DNA of 64,000 nucleotides from Candidatus Pullibacteroides excrementavium (GTDB taxonomy: Bacteria > Bacteroidota > Bacteroidia > Bacteroidales > P3), in contig JADIMZ010000004.1 in the NCBI GenBank assembly GCA_017694335.1, forward strand, positions 15,033 to 79,032, read 5' to 3'. A program made the translations under genes and the position numbers. Shown piece by piece: positions 35,640-44,473 of this stretch; position 1 is the stretch's first letter, and each line of letters starts with the position of its first letter. The notes under the pieces were generated by a model. The model did no database searches. It had not been told where the DNA came from and worked only from the letters and a program-made list of their open reading frames with translations.

Positions 35640-36599
35640 ATGCAGAAGGTAAAAAAGATCCTCGTTTCGCAACCTGCTCCGGCCGATTACGAAAAGTCAC
35701 CTTACAAGGCTATTGCCGACAGATTCGATCTTTCCATCGTTTTCAAGAAGCTGTTCCATATCGAAGGGATATCCGCTCTGGAATTCCGGAAGAACAAGAT
35801 TGGCTTGCTGGATTACACGGCGGTAGTCTTGACGAGCCGGAACGCGGTGGATCATTATTTCCGCCTGGCCAAGGAAATGCGGACGCAGATTCCGATTTCG
35901 ATGAAATTCTTCTGCAGTTCGGAATCGGTGGCTTTTTATATCCAGAATTATATTCAATACCGCAAGCGGAAGATTTTCTACGGCAAGCAGACGACAGCCG
36001 ACTTGATGGAGGTTATTACCAAGCACAAGGACGAGAAATTCCTGTTCCCTTGTTCGGAAGAGAGCAATTCGGATGTGCCGGCGGCTTTTGCGAAGGCCAA
36101 GATTGCGTTGAAAAAGGCTCCGATGTACCGGACTGTGCCCACCAAGGTGGTCGGAGAGTTGGATATAGATACTTTTGACATGCTGGTGATGTTCAGCCCG
36201 GTGGGAGTGAAGTCGTTGTTTGAGAATTTTCCGGATTTCAAGCAGGATAATCGTCTGATTGCGACTTTCGGGGCTTCGGTGGCCGAGGCGGCCCAGCAGG
36301 CGGGCTTGACGGTGAACCTTTTGGCTCCAACGCCGACTTCGAGTTCGATGGTGCAGGCATTGGAGGAGTTTTTGAATGATTTGAGCAAGCATGGCTGGGA
36401 ATTGGAAAAGATTGCCAGCAAGTATGCTTACCAGAAATCGGCCGGACCGGCGAAGGAATCGAAAGAGGCCAAGGATTCGGCAACCAAGGCCAAAAAGACC
36501 ATAGAGAGCAAGGTGGCAGCCAATAAAGCGGCGGCATTGGCGGTGATAGCCGGTAAGAAAGGCGGCCGGATCGGCCAGTTGGCCCGGGCGCAGAAGTAA
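35640..36599 (+). CDS. hemD: uroporphyrinogen-III synthase (HemD)-like protein with a Lys/Ala-rich C-terminal tail
   Basis: KILVSQPAP...YTAVVLTSRNAVDHYF... matches the Bacteroidales HemD-like family. About 70 extra C-terminal residues (KESKEAKDSATKAKKTIESKVAANKAAALAV...). Confidence 0.7.
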   Translation: MQKVKKILVSQPAPADYEKSPYKAIADRFDLSIVFKKLFHIEGISALEFRKNKIGLLDYTAVVLTSRNAVDHYFRLAKEMRTQIPISMKFFCSSESVAFYIQNYIQYRKRKIFYGKQTTADLMEVITKHKDEKFLFPCSEESNSDVPAAFAKAKIALKKAPMYRTVPTKVVGELDIDTFDMLVMFSPVGVKSLFENFPDFKQDNRLIATFGASVAEAAQQAGLTVNLLAPTPTSSSMVQALEEFLNDLSKHGWELEKIASKYAYQKSAGPAKESKEAKDSATKAKKTIESKVAANKAAALAVIAGKKGGRIGQLARAQK

Positions 36600-36609
36600 G
36601 CATAGAGCG

Positions 36610-37146
36610 ATGCCTACGTTGTCGAAAGAGGAACGTTTGTACGGTGAAGGCCCGGTGAGGGCTCTTTTTTCCCGAGGGCGTCGTTTCTCGGTGGGTTTGA
36701 AGCCGGAAAAAAACGGCCAGGAAGTCCATGTTCCGGAATCCGTCCGGAATGCGTCTTCGTCCAAGGAGGAATTTCCGCAGGTGTTCCCGAAAAGGAAGAA
36801 GAAAGGGAAGCCGTCCCGCGCATCGTTTTTCCCATTACAGGTTTTTTATTTGCTGGAGGAGCCTTCAGCCATGTGTCTTTCCGGAGCGGTGCCCGTGCCC
36901 TGCCGGGTGATGGTGCATGCGCCCAAGCGGGTCTTCAAGCATGCGGTGGACCGGAACAGGATCAAGCGGCTCTTGCGTGAGGCCTACCGGGCGCGTAAGT
37001 CTGTGTTTGAAGGATTGGTGCCTCCGGGTAAAGTGATGTTGATTTCCTTGCAGTTTTCCGGTGATAGGAATGTGTCTTTCCCTGAAATGAATGCTTATGT
37101 CGAGCAGGCGCTTAAAATGCTTTCTTCCCGTTTCCATCATGCGTAA
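36610..37146 (+). CDS. rnpA: ribonuclease P protein component with a ~45-aa internal insertion
   Basis: N-terminal LSKEERL...LF..G and the RNR motif [17 protein letters not shown]. 178 aa, versus the usual ~115-135 aa. Confidence 0.8.
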   Translation: MPTLSKEERLYGEGPVRALFSRGRRFSVGLKPEKNGQEVHVPESVRNASSSKEEFPQVFPKRKKKGKPSRASFFPLQVFYLLEEPSAMCLSGAVPVPCRVMVHAPKRVFKHAVDRNRIKRLLREAYRARKSVFEGLVPPGKVMLISLQFSGDRNVSFPEMNAYVEQALKMLSSRFHHA

Positions 37147-37381
37147 GCTGTGGAAGGGGCTGTGCGATGCGCTCATGTGGGTTCTATGGGCGGGTGTCCG
37201 TTTCTACCAGGTTTGCATCTCGCCTTTTTTCCCCGGCAGTTGCCGTTTCACGCCTACTTGTTCGGAATATGCGGTGCAGGCTTTGCGCAAATACGGTCCG
37301 TTCAAAGGGACTTGGCTGACGATAAAGCGTCTGTCCCGTTGCCACCCGTGGGGCGGGAGCGGATACGACCCGGTGCCTTGA
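37139..37381 (+). CDS. yidD: membrane protein insertion efficiency factor YidD
   Basis: Start moved to ATG 37139, an 8-nt ATGCGTAA overlap with the rnpA stop. Conserved [23 protein letters not shown]...CHPW. Confidence 0.9.
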   Translation: MRKLWKGLCDALMWVLWAGVRFYQVCISPFFPGSCRFTPTCSEYAVQALRKYGPFKGTWLTIKRLSRCHPWGGSGYDPVP

Positions 37382-37467
37382 CGGCCGGGCTGTTCTTTTT
37401 GCCGGCGATGCCTTGCGGCTGCAGTGAGAGGTTGCAACGTGTTCCTTGGCCACCAAAACCAACCGAT

Positions 37468-38358
37468 ATGTTGTCCGTTCTGATACCTAATTACAATTAT
37501 AATTGTCTGGCGCTGGTCCGGGATTTGCACAAGCAGCTTCAGGAGAGTGCGGAGGTTTTCGAGATACTGGTCTTTGAAGACGGGTCCACGCGCTGTGTGG
37601 AGGATAATTCGCCGATGGAGCAGTTGCCGCATGTCCGTCATATCGTCTACAAGGAAAACCGTGGGCGGTACAGGATGAGGTTCTTGATGCCGACCCTGGC
37701 CCGTTTCCCGTATTTGCTTTGCATAGATAGCGATGCCCGGGTGGTACGCCCGGATTTTATCCGCAAGTATCTTTCGTATGCAAAGGCCGGGACGAAGGAT
37801 GTGCTGGTAGGCGGGCTGGCCTCCCGGCCGGAAACCGTGCAGGATGCCGGGCACAGCTTGCGTCTGGCTTATGAGCGGGAACGGGAAAGCCGGAGGGATA
37901 TCAAAAAGGGTCTCAGCTGCTTCAATTGCATGATTCCGGCGGCGATGATGCGGAAGCTGGAGGTGGATGAAGGGTTTCCGGAAGGATATGGGCATGAGGA
38001 CATGGTGATAGGTTTGGAGTTGAAGCGTTTGGGGGCGAAGATTGTGCAAATCGACAATCCTTTGTTGCATCTGGGGCTGGATACCAACGCCGCGATGCTT
38101 GACAAGTCGGTGGACGCGGGCCGGGTCCTTTGGGCGCTTTACCGGAGCGGGCGTTACCCGGCCGTGGCGGAGGAAAGCCGATTGCTGCATGCCTATCTGC
38201 GAATTAGACGGATGGGGCTTTGCTGGCTGCTGGATTTGACCTATGGGGCGGTACGTAAACGGCTTCGGAAAAACTTGTTGTCGGAGGATCCCCGGATGCG
38301 TGATTTCGATTTTTTCCGGTTGGGCGAGATGAGCCGGGCGGCCGCTTCCCTCAAATAG
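37468..38358 (+). CDS. family 2 glycosyltransferase
   Basis: Start moved to ATG 37468 (MLSVLIPNYNYNCLALV). Motifs ILVFEDGS and IDSDA (DxD-like). The track's upstream extension overlaps yidD in another frame. Confidence 0.75.
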   Translation: MLSVLIPNYNYNCLALVRDLHKQLQESAEVFEILVFEDGSTRCVEDNSPMEQLPHVRHIVYKENRGRYRMRFLMPTLARFPYLLCIDSDARVVRPDFIRKYLSYAKAGTKDVLVGGLASRPETVQDAGHSLRLAYERERESRRDIKKGLSCFNCMIPAAMMRKLEVDEGFPEGYGHEDMVIGLELKRLGAKIVQIDNPLLHLGLDTNAAMLDKSVDAGRVLWALYRSGRYPAVAEESRLLHAYLRIRRMGLCWLLDLTYGAVRKRLRKNLLSEDPRMRDFDFFRLGEMSRAAASLK

Positions 38359-38481
38359 GCATGGGAAATCCTGCCGGAGGGCTTGGTTTCCTGTTATAGT
38401 GCGGTTTTGAGAGTGAACAAGTTTTGGATAAAAAGTGGAGAAAAAAATTGTGCAATAGTTGTTCATAAAAAAAACTTGTGT

Positions 38482-38489
38482 TATCTTTG
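38482..38489 (+). promoter_or_regulatory. candidate -7 box TATCTTTG for rplM-rpsI
   Basis: Exact TAnnTTTG match. A GTTG ends 21 nt upstream. It lies 54 nt before the rplM ATG. Confidence 0.45.
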
Positions 38490-38542
38490 CGCTCCCTTTG
38501 CGCAGCGTGTGCAGGAGGTTGAATGATAAAATTAGATTGAAA

Positions 38543-38998
38543 ATGAATACCTTGACCTACAAAACCATTTCGGCCAATAAAAAAACGGCCAACAAGAAAT
38601 GGGTTTTGGTGGATGCCGAAAACCAAAGCTTGGGACGTCTTGCTTCCGAAGTTGCTTCTTTGTTGCGTGGGAAGTACAAGACCAATTTCACGCCGCATGT
38701 GGATTGCGGCGATTACGTAGTGGTGATCAACGCTGAGAAAGTGCTCCTCACCGGAAAGAAAAAGACAGACAAGGTGTATGTCCGTCATACGGGTTATCCC
38801 GGCGGGCAACGTTTCGCTACGCCAGTAGAGATGCTGCGTCGCAAGCCTTGCTTCATCATTGAACACGCTGTGAGAGGAATGCTGCCCAAGACGATTCTGG
38901 GACGTCAGATGTTCCGCAACCTGCACGTATTTGCCGGTCCCGAACATCCTTATCAGGCGCAGAAACCCGAGCCGATTAATGTTAAAGATCTCAAATAG
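38543..38998 (+). CDS. rplM: 50S ribosomal protein L13
   Basis: ATG at 38543. [18 protein letters not shown]...LRGK...[17 protein letters not shown]. Confidence 0.95.
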   Translation: MNTLTYKTISANKKTANKKWVLVDAENQSLGRLASEVASLLRGKYKTNFTPHVDCGDYVVVINAEKVLLTGKKKTDKVYVRHTGYPGGQRFATPVEMLRRKPCFIIEHAVRGMLPKTILGRQMFRNLHVFAGPEHPYQAQKPEPINVKDLK

Positions 38999-39000
38999 TC

Positions 39001-39387
39001 ATGGAAGTTACAAATAAAACAGGTAGAAGAAAGACCGCTGTGGCTCGCGTGTATTTGACGGCCGGAAGCGGAAATATCGTGGTAAACGGTAAGGATTATA
39101 AAACCTATTTCCCCACGCCCATGCTGCAGTATGTGGCTAACCAGGCTTTTGAGGTGACAGGTACGTTGAACCAGTTCGACGTGAAGGCTAACCTGGACGG
39201 CGGTGGTATCCGCGGCCAAGTGGAAGCTTTGCGTTTGGGCATCGCCCGCGCTTTGTGCTCCATCGATGCCGAATACCGTGCCCCGCTGAAGGCAAAAGGC
39301 CTTCTGACTCGTGACCCGCGTATGGTTGAAAGAAAGAAACCGGGTCGTCCCAAAGCTCGTAAACGTTTCCAGTTCAGCAAGCGTTAG
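39001..39387 (+). CDS. rpsI: 30S ribosomal protein S9
   Basis: [12 protein letters not shown]...GGGIRGQ...[25 protein letters not shown]. Confidence 0.95.
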   Translation: MEVTNKTGRRKTAVARVYLTAGSGNIVVNGKDYKTYFPTPMLQYVANQAFEVTGTLNQFDVKANLDGGGIRGQVEALRLGIARALCSIDAEYRAPLKAKGLLTRDPRMVERKKPGRPKARKRFQFSKR

Positions 39388-39575
39388 TATATTTCCCTTT
39401 GCAGCGGCTCCGGGTTTTCTGCCTATGTCAGGAACTTGGGGCTGCGTTGCAGGGTTTGCTGCGGGTCCGCTCGCAGTGTTCGAGGGTCGAAAATCCCGTT
39501 TAGAATCCAAATTGCCCGGATCCGTCTGGCTACCGGGTGATTGTTTTTTAGAGAACGTAAACAAAAAAATCGGAT

Positions 39576-40472
39576 ATGTCCAGAGTAACTTTTGAGCAAT
39601 TGCTCGATGCAGGTGTGCATTTCGGCCACCTCAGAAGAAAGTGGAATCCCAAAATGGCTCCTTATATCTTTGCCGAAAAAAATGGGATCCATATCATTGA
39701 CCTCCAAAAAACAGAAGCAAAATTGGATGAGGCCTGCGCGGCTATCAAGCAGATTGCCAAGTCGGGCCGTAAGGTTCTCTTTGTAGCTACCAAGAAACAA
39801 GCTCGCGCTATCGTTGCCGAACAGGTTCAACGTGTGGGTATGCCTTATGTTACCGAACGTTGGCCGGGTGGTATGTTGACCAACTTCACCACCATCCGCA
39901 AGGCGGTGAAAAAGATGGCCAGCATCGACCGCTTGATGAACGACAAGCAGTTCGAAACCCTTTCCAAAAGGGAACGTTTGCAGATTTCACGTGAAAAGGA
40001 AAAGCTTGAAAAGAACTTGGGTTCCATTGCCGATTTGAGTCGGCTTCCTTCGGCTATCTTTGTGGTAGACATCAACAAGGAACATATTGCGGTGGCTGAA
40101 GCCCGTCGTCTGAATATCCCGGTTTTTGCTATGGTCGATACCAACGTGAACCCGGATTTGGTTGACTTTGTGATTCCTGCCAACGACGATGCCTCCAAGT
40201 CGATTGCTATCATTGTGGAACAGGTAGTGAACGCGATTGAAGAAGGCTTGACCGAACGCAAACTCGATAAGGACCAGCAGAAGGAAGAGGAAGAAGCTGC
40301 CGAAGGTGAAGAAAGACTGGCAGTGGACGGTATGGATGAGGAAGAAAACGAAGGTGGCAGCGAGAAGAAACGCAAGCGTGTTTCCGATGAGGATTCTTCG
40401 GAAGAAGGACATCGTGACCGCCGGCCGCGCCGCTCTTCTCCGGCTGGAGCCAAGAAAGTTTCCAAGAAGTAA
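39576..40472 (+). CDS. rpsB: 30S ribosomal protein S2 with a charged C-terminal extension
   Basis: LLDAGVHFGHLRRKWNPKMAPYIF.. and ..VVDINKEHIAVAEARRLNIPVFAMVDTN. About 60 extra acidic/basic C-terminal residues. Confidence 0.95.
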   Translation: MSRVTFEQLLDAGVHFGHLRRKWNPKMAPYIFAEKNGIHIIDLQKTEAKLDEACAAIKQIAKSGRKVLFVATKKQARAIVAEQVQRVGMPYVTERWPGGMLTNFTTIRKAVKKMASIDRLMNDKQFETLSKRERLQISREKEKLEKNLGSIADLSRLPSAIFVVDINKEHIAVAEARRLNIPVFAMVDTNVNPDLVDFVIPANDDASKSIAIIVEQVVNAIEEGLTERKLDKDQQKEEEEAAEGEERLAVDGMDEEENEGGSEKKRKRVSDEDSSEEGHRDRRPRRSSPAGAKKVSKK

Positions 40473-40492
40473 TTTAATAATTGATTCAGCTC

Positions 40493-40611
40493 GGCGTGTC
40501 AGAACGGATAAGATGCGAGGCGCGCGACCGCAGGCGAACCGGAGCGCACTTTCGTGCGTGAGGATTCCGCCAAGGGAGTGCAACGAAGCAGATTGTTCGT
40601 TATCACACGCC
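40493..40611 (+). repeat. family-1 long-hairpin intergenic repeat, copy a
   Basis: Imperfect ~119-nt hairpin closed by GGCGTGT / ACACGCC, with a central CGCAC-TTTC-GTGCG hairpin, followed by GGGTTTTTA. It is homologous to 62322-62424 and, in reverse, to 44302-44393 and 42635-42694. Confidence 0.7.
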
Positions 40612-40636
40612 GGGTTTTTATAAAAGACTATAGAAA

Positions 40637-41464
40637 ATGGCTATTACTGCTGCTGATGTAAACAAGCTCCGCCAAATGACCGGAGCCGGTATGATGGATT
40701 GCAAGAAGGCGCTGACCGAATGCGAAGGCGATTTCGAAAAGGCAATCGATTATTTGCGTAAGAAAGGCCAGAAGGTGGCTGCCAACCGCGCTGACAAAGA
40801 AGCCAAGGAAGGCATGGTTTGGGCACAGGTAACGGCTGACAAGAATTTTGGTTGCATCGTATGCTTGAGCTGCGAAACCGACTTTGTTGCCAAGAACGAT
40901 GAATTTACCGGTCTGGTTCGCAAGATGGCCGAACTGGCTTTGGCTGCCAAGGCAAAGACCAAGGAAGAGGTGATGGCTTTGAAGGTGGACGACCGCACGG
41001 TGGCCGACCATATCACCGACCTGGTGGGCAAGATTGGCGAAAAGATGGAAATTCCCCACTATGAATTCCTGGAAGCTCCGGTGGTTTTCGCTTACAACCA
41101 CAACGGCAACAAGCTGGCTACTTTGGTTTCGTTCGACAAGGCGGATGCCGCTCCTGAAGTGGGTCATAATGTGACGATGCAGGTGGCTGCCATGAATCCT
41201 ATCGCTTTGAGCGAGAAGGAAGTTCCGGCCGATGTGATCGCCCGTGAAATGGAAGTGGCCAAGGAAGCTACCCGCGCTGAAGGCAAGCCTGAAAACATGA
41301 TTGAAAAAATCGCGATGGGCCGTATGAACAAGTTCTACAAGGAAAACACCTTGGTTCATCAGGAATTCATCATGGACAGCAAGCTGAGCGTGGCTGACTA
41401 TGTGAAGCAGAATGGCGGCGGTGCTGTGATTACGGCTTTCCGTCGTGTACAGTTGGGTGCCTAA
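40637..41464 (+). CDS. tsf: translation elongation factor Ts
   Basis: N-terminal ITAADVNKLRQMTGAGMMDCKKAL and the remaining blocks are collinear with EF-Ts. Confidence 0.95.
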   Translation: MAITAADVNKLRQMTGAGMMDCKKALTECEGDFEKAIDYLRKKGQKVAANRADKEAKEGMVWAQVTADKNFGCIVCLSCETDFVAKNDEFTGLVRKMAELALAAKAKTKEEVMALKVDDRTVADHITDLVGKIGEKMEIPHYEFLEAPVVFAYNHNGNKLATLVSFDKADAAPEVGHNVTMQVAAMNPIALSEKEVPADVIAREMEVAKEATRAEGKPENMIEKIAMGRMNKFYKENTLVHQEFIMDSKLSVADYVKQNGGGAVITAFRRVQLGA

Positions 41465-41482
41465 TCCGATTGTGTTTATATG

Positions 41483-41520
41483 AGAGGGTGACTAAGATAT
41501 TTTTAGCCACCCTCTTTTTG
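41483..41520 (+). terminator. rho-independent terminator after tsf
   Basis: Stem AGAGGGTG / CACCCTCT followed by TTTTT. Confidence 0.8.
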
Positions 41521-41628
41521 TGTTTGGAGATTGGCGCGGATGTGCTGACAGGAGTGCGCTGATCCCGATGGGTTCGTCAAAGAAATTAAATCGCATTTAT
41601 TCCAAATAGAACTTAAAATAGGTGGATT

Positions 41629-42630
41629 ATGGCTACGGCTCTGAAGAATTCTTTTACCAAAGACCAGTGGTTCAACAAGAAGGAATTGATTTCCTATCTG
41701 TTGGTTATCAGCGGGAGTATTATTTTCGCGTTCGGGAACATCAAGTTCGCCACGCCTTACGGTTTGGCGCCCGGCGGGACTTACGGTCTCTCTAACGTTT
41801 TGAATGCCATTGTGCATTGGAAGGTCAGCTATTTGGCGGCTTGCATGGATATTCCTTTGCTGATTATCGGGACGTTGATTCTGGGGCCGCGTTTCGGCTT
41901 CAAGACGATTCTGTCCACTTTCGTGATTCTGGGGGCTACTTGGGTCATTGAAACCTATTGGGGCTACGCGCCTATCCTGCATAACGGTATTCTGGATGCC
42001 AGCCAGGTGGCGGCGATGCCGGAATATATGCAGAATACGATGTGTTCTATCGGTCAAGGCGAACAGCTGGTGTGGTTCGTGCCGGACTATTTCATGAACA
42101 CGATTGTGGCCGGTTTGATTTACGGGATTGCGATCGGCTTGATTTTCAAATCGGGGGCCACTTCGGGCGGTAGCGATATCATTTCGATGATTATCAACAA
42201 GTACACGCATCTTCCTCTGGGGACCTTGGTTATCATTGTCGATACCACGATTACGCTGTCCACTTTGGTTCTGGGCAAGGGTTTCCGCTTGCCGATTTAC
42301 TCCATCCTGTTGATTGTGATTGAAGGCAAGGTTATCGATATCGTGGTGGATGGCCTCAAGTCCTACAAAACGGTGTTTATTGTCACCAATAAATATGATG
42401 CTGTGCGCGAGGTGATTATCTCAAAGATGAAGCGGGGCGGTACCCATATCCATGCCAAAGGGCTTTATCAGGGTCTGGAGCGCGACTTGGTGTATGTTTC
42501 TTTGACCCGTCGTGAACTGGTGACCTTGCGCAACCTGCTTAGCGATGCCGATCCGGAGGCTTTTGTGTCGGTGAGCGATTCGAGCGAGGTTATGGGGCGT
42601 GGGTTCAAGGCCCTCCGTTCAAACGCATGA
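41629..42630 (+). CDS. YitT-family membrane protein (with a DUF2179-like C-terminal domain)
   Basis: Five to six TM helices with the GLAPGGTYGLS motif. Soluble C-terminal domain ...VFIVTNKYDAVREVIISKMKRGGTHIHAKGLY. Confidence 0.8.
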   Translation: MATALKNSFTKDQWFNKKELISYLLVISGSIIFAFGNIKFATPYGLAPGGTYGLSNVLNAIVHWKVSYLAACMDIPLLIIGTLILGPRFGFKTILSTFVILGATWVIETYWGYAPILHNGILDASQVAAMPEYMQNTMCSIGQGEQLVWFVPDYFMNTIVAGLIYGIAIGLIFKSGATSGGSDIISMIINKYTHLPLGTLVIIVDTTITLSTLVLGKGFRLPIYSILLIVIEGKVIDIVVDGLKSYKTVFIVTNKYDAVREVIISKMKRGGTHIHAKGLYQGLERDLVYVSLTRRELVTLRNLLSDADPEAFVSVSDSSEVMGRGFKALRSNA

Positions 42631-42634
42631 TAAT

Positions 42635-42694
42635 GGGGCAGCTGCTGCGTTGCGAGTTTTGCGCGGCTTGGTCACGTACAAAAAGTACGCTGCC
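42635..42694 (-). repeat. family-1 repeat, half copy b (reverse orientation)
   Basis: GGGGCAGCTGCTGCGTTGCGAG...TCACGTACAAAAAGTACGCTGCC contains the central CGTAC-AAAAA-GTACG hairpin and one arm. It begins 5 nt after the yitT-family stop. Confidence 0.6.
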
Positions 42695-42699
42695 TTTGG

Positions 42700-42741
42700 A
42701 AGTGTTTTGAGGGGTGATTCCCCTTGGAACACTTTTTTTTG
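42700..42741 (+). terminator. rho-independent terminator after the yitT-family gene
   Basis: Stem AAGTGTTTTGAGGGG / CCCCTTGGAACACTT (with G-U pairs), loop TGATT, then a T8 run. Confidence 0.8.
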
Positions 42742-42821
42742 TACTTTTACATTTCGGTTCGTCGGGAAGGGTGTGGTTGCAGGGCTGGAGGGGCGGCCGG
42801 AGAGACTAAAAAGACAAAAGG

Positions 42822-43526
42822 ATGAAATATTCAAGGATTTTGCTCAAATTGAGCGGCGAGTCGCTGATGGGCGGGCAGGCGTATGGGATAGACCCGCAAA
42901 GGCTGGGTGAATACGCCTCGCAGATAGCGGGGGTGGCCCGGCGGGGTTGCCAGATCGGGATAGTCATCGGGGGTGGGAACATCTTCCGTGGGTTGCAGGG
43001 GGCGGCCAAAGGCATGGATCGTATCCAGGGCGACTATATGGGAATGATGGCCACGGTGATTAATTCGATGGCCTTGCAGTCGGCCTTGGAAAAGGAAGGG
43101 GTCAAAGCGGTTTTGTTGTCGGGCTTGGCCATAGATCCTGTGGCGGAGAAGATGAGCAGCCGCCGGGCGATTGATTATTTGGAAAAGGGTTATGTGGTGA
43201 TTATGGCTTGCGGCACGGGCAATCCGTTCTTCACGACCGATTCGGGTGCGGCTTTGCGGGCGGTGGAAATCCATGCGGATGTGCTGTTGAAGGGCACGCG
43301 GGTGGACGGGGTCTATACGGCCGACCCGGAAAAGGACAAGACGGCGGTGAAGTACAAGGAACTGCATTTTGCCGAGGCTTACGAGAAGAAGTTGAAAATC
43401 ATGGACTTGACAGCTTTTACGCTTTGCGAGGAAAACCATGTGCCTATTTACGTGTTCGATATGGATACGCCGGGCAACCTTGGCAAGGTGGTGGAGGGCG
43501 AGGAGATAGGAACGCTGGTGCATTAG
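42822..43526 (+). CDS. pyrH: UMP kinase
   Basis: YSRILLKLSGESLMG...GIVIGGGNIFRG...MACGTGNPFFTTDSGAALRA. Confidence 0.95.
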   Translation: MKYSRILLKLSGESLMGGQAYGIDPQRLGEYASQIAGVARRGCQIGIVIGGGNIFRGLQGAAKGMDRIQGDYMGMMATVINSMALQSALEKEGVKAVLLSGLAIDPVAEKMSSRRAIDYLEKGYVVIMACGTGNPFFTTDSGAALRAVEIHADVLLKGTRVDGVYTADPEKDKTAVKYKELHFAEAYEKKLKIMDLTAFTLCEENHVPIYVFDMDTPGNLGKVVEGEEIGTLVH

Positions 43527-43720
43527 GCGGGATTGGGTGGACGCAGGAATTTAATCCCGATGGGTTCGCTCAAAAAAAACATTGGAAAGGATAGACCTTC
43601 AGGAAAGAGGGCTTGGAATGGGCTTGGGAGGAAGCCTTTCAGTTATGAAATTTGATTTTTAAATTTGAGAGATAGGTTTTTGCGCTATCTTGTATTTTTA
43701 ATCTTTAAAAGAGAATTGCG

Positions 43721-44287
43721 ATGACCGAAGAAGTGAAAGCTTGCATGGAAAAGCAAAAGGCCCAGATGGAGGCTGCTTTGCAGTATCTGGAAAAGGAACT
43801 GGGTCGGATCCGGGCCGGCAAGGCCAGTCCGCAAATGTTGGAAGGGGTCCGTGTGGATTATTACGGGAATATGACGCCTCTGGACCAGGTAGGGGCTATC
43901 AATACGCCGGATGCGCGGCAGATTGTGGTGCAGCCTTGGGAAAAGAAGATGCTGCCGGTTATCGAGAAGGCGATCCTGGCGGCCAACCTGGGTTTCACGC
44001 CGCAGAACAACGGGGAAGTGATTCGTATCACTCTGCCTCCGTTGAGCGAAGACCGTCGTAAGGAAATGATGAAGAAGTGCCGTGCCGAGGGCGAGAATGC
44101 CAAAGTGGTAATCCGCAATACCCGTCGCGATGCCAACGAGGAAATCAAGAAGCTGGGCAAGGACAAGGTGTTGCCCGAGGATGCTGCCAAACAGGCGGAG
44201 AAGGATATCCAGGATCAGACCGACAAGTACGTGGCTAAGGTGGAGGCGATTTTGGCGGAGAAGGAGAAGGATATCATGACTGTGTAA
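43721..44287 (+). CDS. frr: ribosome recycling factor
   Basis: LGRIRAGKASPQMLEGVRVDYYG...ITLPPLSEDRRKEMMK. Confidence 0.95.
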   Translation: MTEEVKACMEKQKAQMEAALQYLEKELGRIRAGKASPQMLEGVRVDYYGNMTPLDQVGAINTPDARQIVVQPWEKKMLPVIEKAILAANLGFTPQNNGEVIRITLPPLSEDRRKEMMKKCRAEGENAKVVIRNTRRDANEEIKKLGKDKVLPEDAAKQAEKDIQDQTDKYVAKVEAILAEKEKDIMTV

Positions 44288-44301
44288 AAACGATTTTATA
44301 A

Positions 44302-44393
44302 GGCCGCTACTTCGTTGCGAGCCTTGTGCGGCTTGGTCACGTACAAAAGTACGCTCCCGTGCCGCCCGGCGGCTCGACGCCTCGTGTCGGTTC
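44302..44393 (-). repeat. family-1 long-hairpin repeat, copy c (reverse orientation), flanked by a 15/16-nt inverted motif
   Basis: The reverse complement aligns with copies a and d (…GGGAGCGTACTTTTGTACGTGACCAAGCC…CTCGCAACGAAGTAGCGGCC). It is flanked by GTAAAAACGATTTTAT (44285-44300) and CTAAAATCGTTTTTAC (44396-44411). Confidence 0.7.
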
Positions 44394-44473
44394 TTCTAAA
44401 ATCGTTTTTACGAGGTGGCATCTGCTCGCCAAAATCATTTTCAGCGGTTCTGCGGTCAGCGGGACTTCCTAAG

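Noticed and set aside
37150-37467. A 106-codon N-terminal extension of the GT2 gene. Similar extensions occur for ctp (31664), rplM (38459), hicA (49535), hicB (49798), dnaE (57463) and two TTG starts (57613, 59080).
   Set aside because: The extensions overlap upstream genes or lack homology-like sequence. Conserved N-termini begin at the internal ATGs used in the feature table.
35697-38466. Minus-strand ORFs 35697-36764 (355 aa) and 37204-38466 (420 aa).
   Set aside because: They are antisense to hemD/rnpA and to yidD/GT2, which carry clear family motifs. Their products are Arg/Pro/His-rich.
39515-39550. A hairpin CCCGG...CCGGG plus T-run as the rpsI terminator or an rpsB leader.
   Set aside because: The stem is only 5 bp with a 13-nt loop. 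This is too weak to call without expression data.
41561-41576. A tRNA T-arm-like string (GGGTTCG) that might suggest a tRNA gene or fragment.
   Set aside because: No acceptor, D or anticodon arms can be drawn around it, and the same string recurs at 43553-43568 in a non-tRNA context.
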